Shown here piece after piece: positions 59,177 through 64,000 of a stretch of 64,000 nucleotides of DNA. The translations under genes were made by a program, and so were the position numbers. Each line of letters begins with the position of its first letter. Within the stretch, counting starts at the first letter, position 1. The notes under the pieces are model-generated. The model was given only the letters and a program-made list of their open reading frames with translations. It was not told where the DNA came from and did not search any database. The stretch is from Pseudomonadales bacterium (lineage in GTDB: Bacteria; Pseudomonadota; Gammaproteobacteria; Pseudomonadales; IMCC2047), in NCBI GenBank assembly GCA_041395865.1, contig JAWKZQ010000015.1:1604-65603 (forward strand), written 5' to 3'.

Positions 59177-60102
59177 TCAGGGTCCCAGGTCTTCCTGTTC
59201 AGCCCCTTCTTTAACCGGCAGCATTAAGTCCTCTTTACTGATGCCCAACAGCATCAGGAGGTTCGCTGATACATAAATTGACGAGTAGGTTCCCGTTACC
59301 ACGCCAATCATCAAGGCTAACGCAAAACCGCGAATCAACTCACCCCCGAAAACAGCCAGCGCAACTAACACAAGAATGGTGGTCAAGGAAGTCACCAACG
59401 TACGGCCCAGCGTTTGGTTCAGGGACTCGTTAATGATTTCATGAGCCGTCCCTTTTCGCATTTTACGGAAGTTTTCCCTGATACGATCCGAGATCACAAT
59501 AGTATCGTTCAAGGAGTAGCCGATCACCGCAAGCAATGCAGCCAATACCGTCAAATCAAAATCCCAGCCAAACAGGGAAAAAACACCCAGTACAATCAGC
59601 ACGTCATGGATCAAGTCCGTCACCGCGCCCAGCGCGAATTTGATCTGAAAACGCATGGCCACATAAACCATAACCATACCCAGCGCCAACAACAGGCCTA
59701 ATCCGCCCTGCTCACGGAGCTCCTCCCCACCTGGGCGCCCACAAACTCAGAGCGGCGCAGCTCGACACCGTATTTACCACCTTCGCTAAGCGTCGCCAGC
59801 ACATCGTCACCGACAGTTTGGCCATGCCCCTGTGGCAAACGTACCAGCACTTCCGTGTCAGTACCAAAATACTGCACGACTGCCTTTTCGTACCCCCCTT
59901 CTTCGAGTTGCTTCCGTATCTGGTTCAGGTTAGCAGGGTCCTGGTAACCCACCTCGATAAGGGTACCACCGGTAAAATCCAGCCCGAGTGAGAGCTGTTT
60001 GATTGCCAGGGATGCGATGGACGTCACCAACAATATGATTGAAAAGATGGCCGCAAGCTTACGCCTGCCCATGAAATCGAAATAAAACCGAGTGTTCGAC
60101 AT
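59177..60102 (-). pseudogene. secF: Protein translocase subunit SecF, interrupted by a 1-nt deletion in a C4/G4 run at 59725-59728 (probably a sequencing artefact)
   Basis: The 186-aa and 171-aa track ORFs are the N- and C-halves of SecF. Restoring one G gives ...EFVGAQVGEELREQGGLGLLLALGMVMVYVAMRFQ..., 308 aa in total. Confidence 0.85.
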
Positions 60103-60112
60103 GTGCAGGCTC

Positions 60113-61971
60113 CTAAATATACAGCTTCTTGATGTTGCGGCGGCCATAAATAAGGTTGACCAGCGCTCGCGTGCCAACAATTGCCGTAAACATCGAAGTG
60201 ACAATGCCGATGGACAGGGTAACCGCGAATCCCTTAACCGGGCCGGTTCCCACCGCAAACAGGATCACCGCAACCAGCAGGGTGGTGATATTGGCATCAA
60301 AAATTGTCGAGAAGGCTCGCTCGTAACCGGCGTGGATGGCCGACTGGATCGGCACTTTATTCCGTAGCTCTTCCTTAATGCGGGCAAAAATCAACACGTT
60401 GGCATCCACCGCCATACCCACTGTCAGCACAATACCGGCAATACCCGGCAATGTCAGGGTTGCCGACAACATGGACATGACCGCCACCAGCAACACCAGG
60501 TTAAGCGCCAACGCAAGGTTGGCGATGAGGCCAAAGATCTTGTAGTAAACGAGCATAAACGCCAGCACCAGCAACAGACCGATCTGTACCGAGGTAACGC
60601 CCAAATCGATATTTTCCTGGCCAAGGCTCGGACCAATGGTCCGCTCTTCAACGATATAAACGGGGGCTGCCAGCGAGCCGGCACGCAGCAGTAATGCAAG
60701 CTCTGACGCTTCCTGCGGACTGTCCAGACCGGTTATACGGAACCGGTTGCCCAGCGCGGTTTGGATATTGGCCAGGCTGATAATGCTTTTTCCACGTACT
60801 TGGCGGTTTCAGGCACCAGCTCACCGTCCACTTCCTTGTAGCGTGTGCGGGTTTTATGCTCGATAAAGAGCACCGCCATGGAGCGGCCAACATTATCGCG
60901 GGTGGCACGGTTCATTAATTTGCCGCCCTTGCTATCCAGCGTAATATTGACCTCTGGGCGACCATTTTCATCGTAACCCATGGCAGCATTGGATACGCTG
61001 TTACCCGTGATAATTAATTCCTTTTCCAGACGTGCCGTACGCCCACCCCTTGCCGGGTCGCGGAATTCAAAAACTTCGGTACGGCTGGAAAGCTCGTCGG
61101 GCTGGGCTTCCAGGCGGAATTCGAGGTTGGCGGTTTTACCAATGATGTTTTTACAAAACGCCGCGTCCAGACAACCCGCGAGCTCGACCACAATACGGTC
61201 GCGCCCCTGACGCTGAACCAACGGCTCGGCAACGCCCAGTTCGTTGACGCGGTTGCGCAAGGTCGTCAGGTTTTGCTTGATGGCGTAATCCTCAATTTCA
61301 CGCTGGGTCGCTTCGTCCAGCGTCAAATTAAGTAAGTAGCTGCCCTCTGATTCGGTGTCGGTCACCAGGAATTCGCTATAGTCGCCACGCAGCAGGCTTT
61401 GCGCCTTGTCCCTGTAATCTTCGCGGGTAAACTTGATCTGCAGGCTACCATCTTCAAGATGGTCAATGCGGCGGTAGCGCAGCTTTTCCTCGCGCAGGCG
61501 GTTGCGAATCTCGCTGAGGTAGACATCCATGCGCTGCTCAACGGCCTTGGCCATATCCACTTCCAGCAGGAAGTGCACGCCACCGCGCAGGTCAAGCCCC
61601 AGGTTCATTGGCGCAGCACCCAGGCTGACCAGCCAATCCGGTGTTGATGGCGCCAGGTTCAGGGCAACCAGGTAATTATCACCCAGCACACGGCTGGCAA
61701 TGGCTTTACCCTTAAGCTGCTCTTCACTGTTATTAAAGCGAATCAGGCCGTTGCGACCATCAACTTCTGCCGTCTTGTAATTGACGCCTTCCCTCTCCAG
61801 CGCATTCCTGACCTGGCCCATGGCGGCCTCATCAATTGGCACCGAAGCATTGGCCCCGGATAATTGAAGCGCCGGATCATCCGGATACAGGTTTGGCGCT
61901 GCATAAATGCCTCCCAGCACCAGCACTGCCAGTACCAGCAGGTATTTCCATAGTGGGTATCGGTTCAGCAT
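60113..61971 (-). pseudogene. secD: Protein translocase subunit SecD, interrupted by a 1-nt deletion in a T5/A5 run at 60787-60791 (probably a sequencing artefact)
   Basis: The 412-aa ORF ends in out-of-frame residues. Restoring one A gives ...[60 protein letters not shown]..., joining the 163-aa ORF for 619 aa in total. Confidence 0.85.
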
Positions 61972-62006
61972 TACGCCACCTGATTCCTTAGTATCAATCG
62001 TTTCCG

Positions 62007-62339
62007 TTAGATGGATTTAAGTGTGCCCTTCGGCAGAACGCTGACGATAGCCTGCTTTTGCACAGTCAGCTCGACATTGTCAGCCACTTCGATTCCGACA
62101 AAACCTTCGTCAACCTTGACGATTTTGCCGACCACGCCGCCGCTGGTGCAAACCTCATCGCCCTTGCCCAGGTTTTCGATCAGGTTTTTATGCTCTTTGT
62201 TGCGCTTGCTCTGCGGACGCCAGATCAGGAAGTAAAAAACAGCGGCAAAAATTGCCAGCATGATAAAGGGCTCAAAAGAACCACCGGCGGCAGCTTCCGC
62301 GCCTTCTGCAGCGACGGCTTCAGGGATTAAAAAACTCAT
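62007..62339 (-). CDS. yajC: Preprotein translocase subunit YajC
   Basis: 110 aa: one transmembrane helix, RPQSKRNKEHKNLIENLGKGDEV..GG.VGKIVKV. Confidence 0.92.
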   Translation of the reverse strand: MSFLIPEAVAAEGAEAAAGGSFEPFIMLAIFAAVFYFLIWRPQSKRNKEHKNLIENLGKGDEVCTSGGVVGKIVKVDEGFVGIEVADNVELTVQKQAIVSVLPKGTLKSI

Positions 62340-62369
62340 AATAAACTCCGTTATATCGATAGGTTTTAA

Positions 62370-63472
<1,103 letters not shown>

Positions 63473-63492
63473 ATATTCCACAATTATTCCTA

Positions 63493-64000
63493 TTACTCAG
63501 ATTCGGATAGTCCGGCGCCAATGAACATGGCATCGCCATAGCTGAAAAACCGGTAGCGCTCCTCGATCGCCTCCTGGTAGGCGGCAAGGATGATCTCCCG
63601 ACTCGCGAAGGCTGACACCAGCATTAACAGCGTCGACTCAGGCAGGTGAAAGTTCGTTAACATGGCATCCACGCAGCGGAAACGCTTGCCGGGATAGAGG
63701 AAAATATCGGTATCGCCGGTAAAAGGCGCAATCGCCTCGCCCTGCTCTTCTGCTTTCAAAGCCGCCGTTTCAAGGCTGCGGACGCAGGTTGTTCCCACGG
63801 CAATCACCCGGCCGCCACGATCCCGACACGCCCGGATCTGCTCGCAAACCAGCTCGTCCACCTCCAGGTATTCGCTGTGCATCTGGTGCTCATGGATGTT
63901 ATCGACTCGCACCGGCTGATAAGTTCCCGCGCCGACGTGGAGGGTGACATACCCCACAGCAATACCCTTTGCGCGAATCTCATTCAGCAGCGGCTCGTCG
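63493..64000 (-). CDS. queA: S-adenosylmethionine:tRNA ribosyltransferase-isomerase QueA (3' part; 5' end outside window)
   Basis: The frame is open to the window edge (...[30 protein letters not shown]...[16 protein letters not shown]...[10 protein letters not shown]). Confidence 0.9.
   Translation of the reverse strand, partial: DEPLLNEIRAKGIAVGYVTLHVGAGTYQPVRVDNIHEHQMHSEYLEVDELVCEQIRACRDRGGRVIAVGTTCVRSLETAALKAEEQGEAIAPFTGDTDIFLYPGKRFRCVDAMLTNFHLPESTLLMLVSAFASREIILAAYQEAIEERYRFFSYGDAMFIGAGLSESE

Overview
This is a 64-kb chromosomal window from a gammaproteobacterium, with gene order like Pseudomonas or Oceanospirillales. Most of it is housekeeping backbone on the minus strand. Read in the minus-strand direction the order is queA-tgt-yajC-secD-secF-trmJ-cysE, then an insertion of about 10.7 kb, then iscR-iscS-iscU-iscA-hscB-hscA-fdx-iscX-ndk-rlmN-pilW-rodZ-hisS-yfgM-bamB-der. 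The left third holds scattered metabolic and envelope genes: Nudix, yaaA, CNNM, PLD, LemA/M48, serC, yafV, ibpA, an M16 peptidase, sbcB, pilU, a GGDEF protein, and two fumarases. No rRNA, tRNA, CRISPR array, transposase or integrase was seen. Five points stand out. (1) A complete GlrK/QseE-QseG-GlrR/QseF-type module follows der. Directly downstream of it lie three TGTC-N10-GACA sites and an IHF-like site in an AT-rich gap, facing a gene I can only read after two homopolymer corrections. (2) The cysE|iscR insertion carries a Fur-box operon: exbB-exbD-exbD-tonB, a Fiu/PiuA-like receptor, an FMN-dependent alpha-hydroxy-acid oxidoreductase, and a PiuC/YbiX-like hydroxylase. It also carries a divergent OmpR-type two-component pair, an Rnk-like gene with two in-frame micro-ORFs, and two structured ORF-free gaps. 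(3) A TunR-like regulator sits beside an OprO/P-type porin and an orphan TupA-like binding protein. (4) secD, secF and tgt are each broken by one missing base in a homopolymer, which points to a technical indel problem and affects every ORF call here. (5) ispG is absent from its usual rodZ-hisS position. All family calls rest on motifs and remembered homologs read by eye, with no searches run. Start codons are often uncertain because the ORF track also uses GTG/TTG starts.
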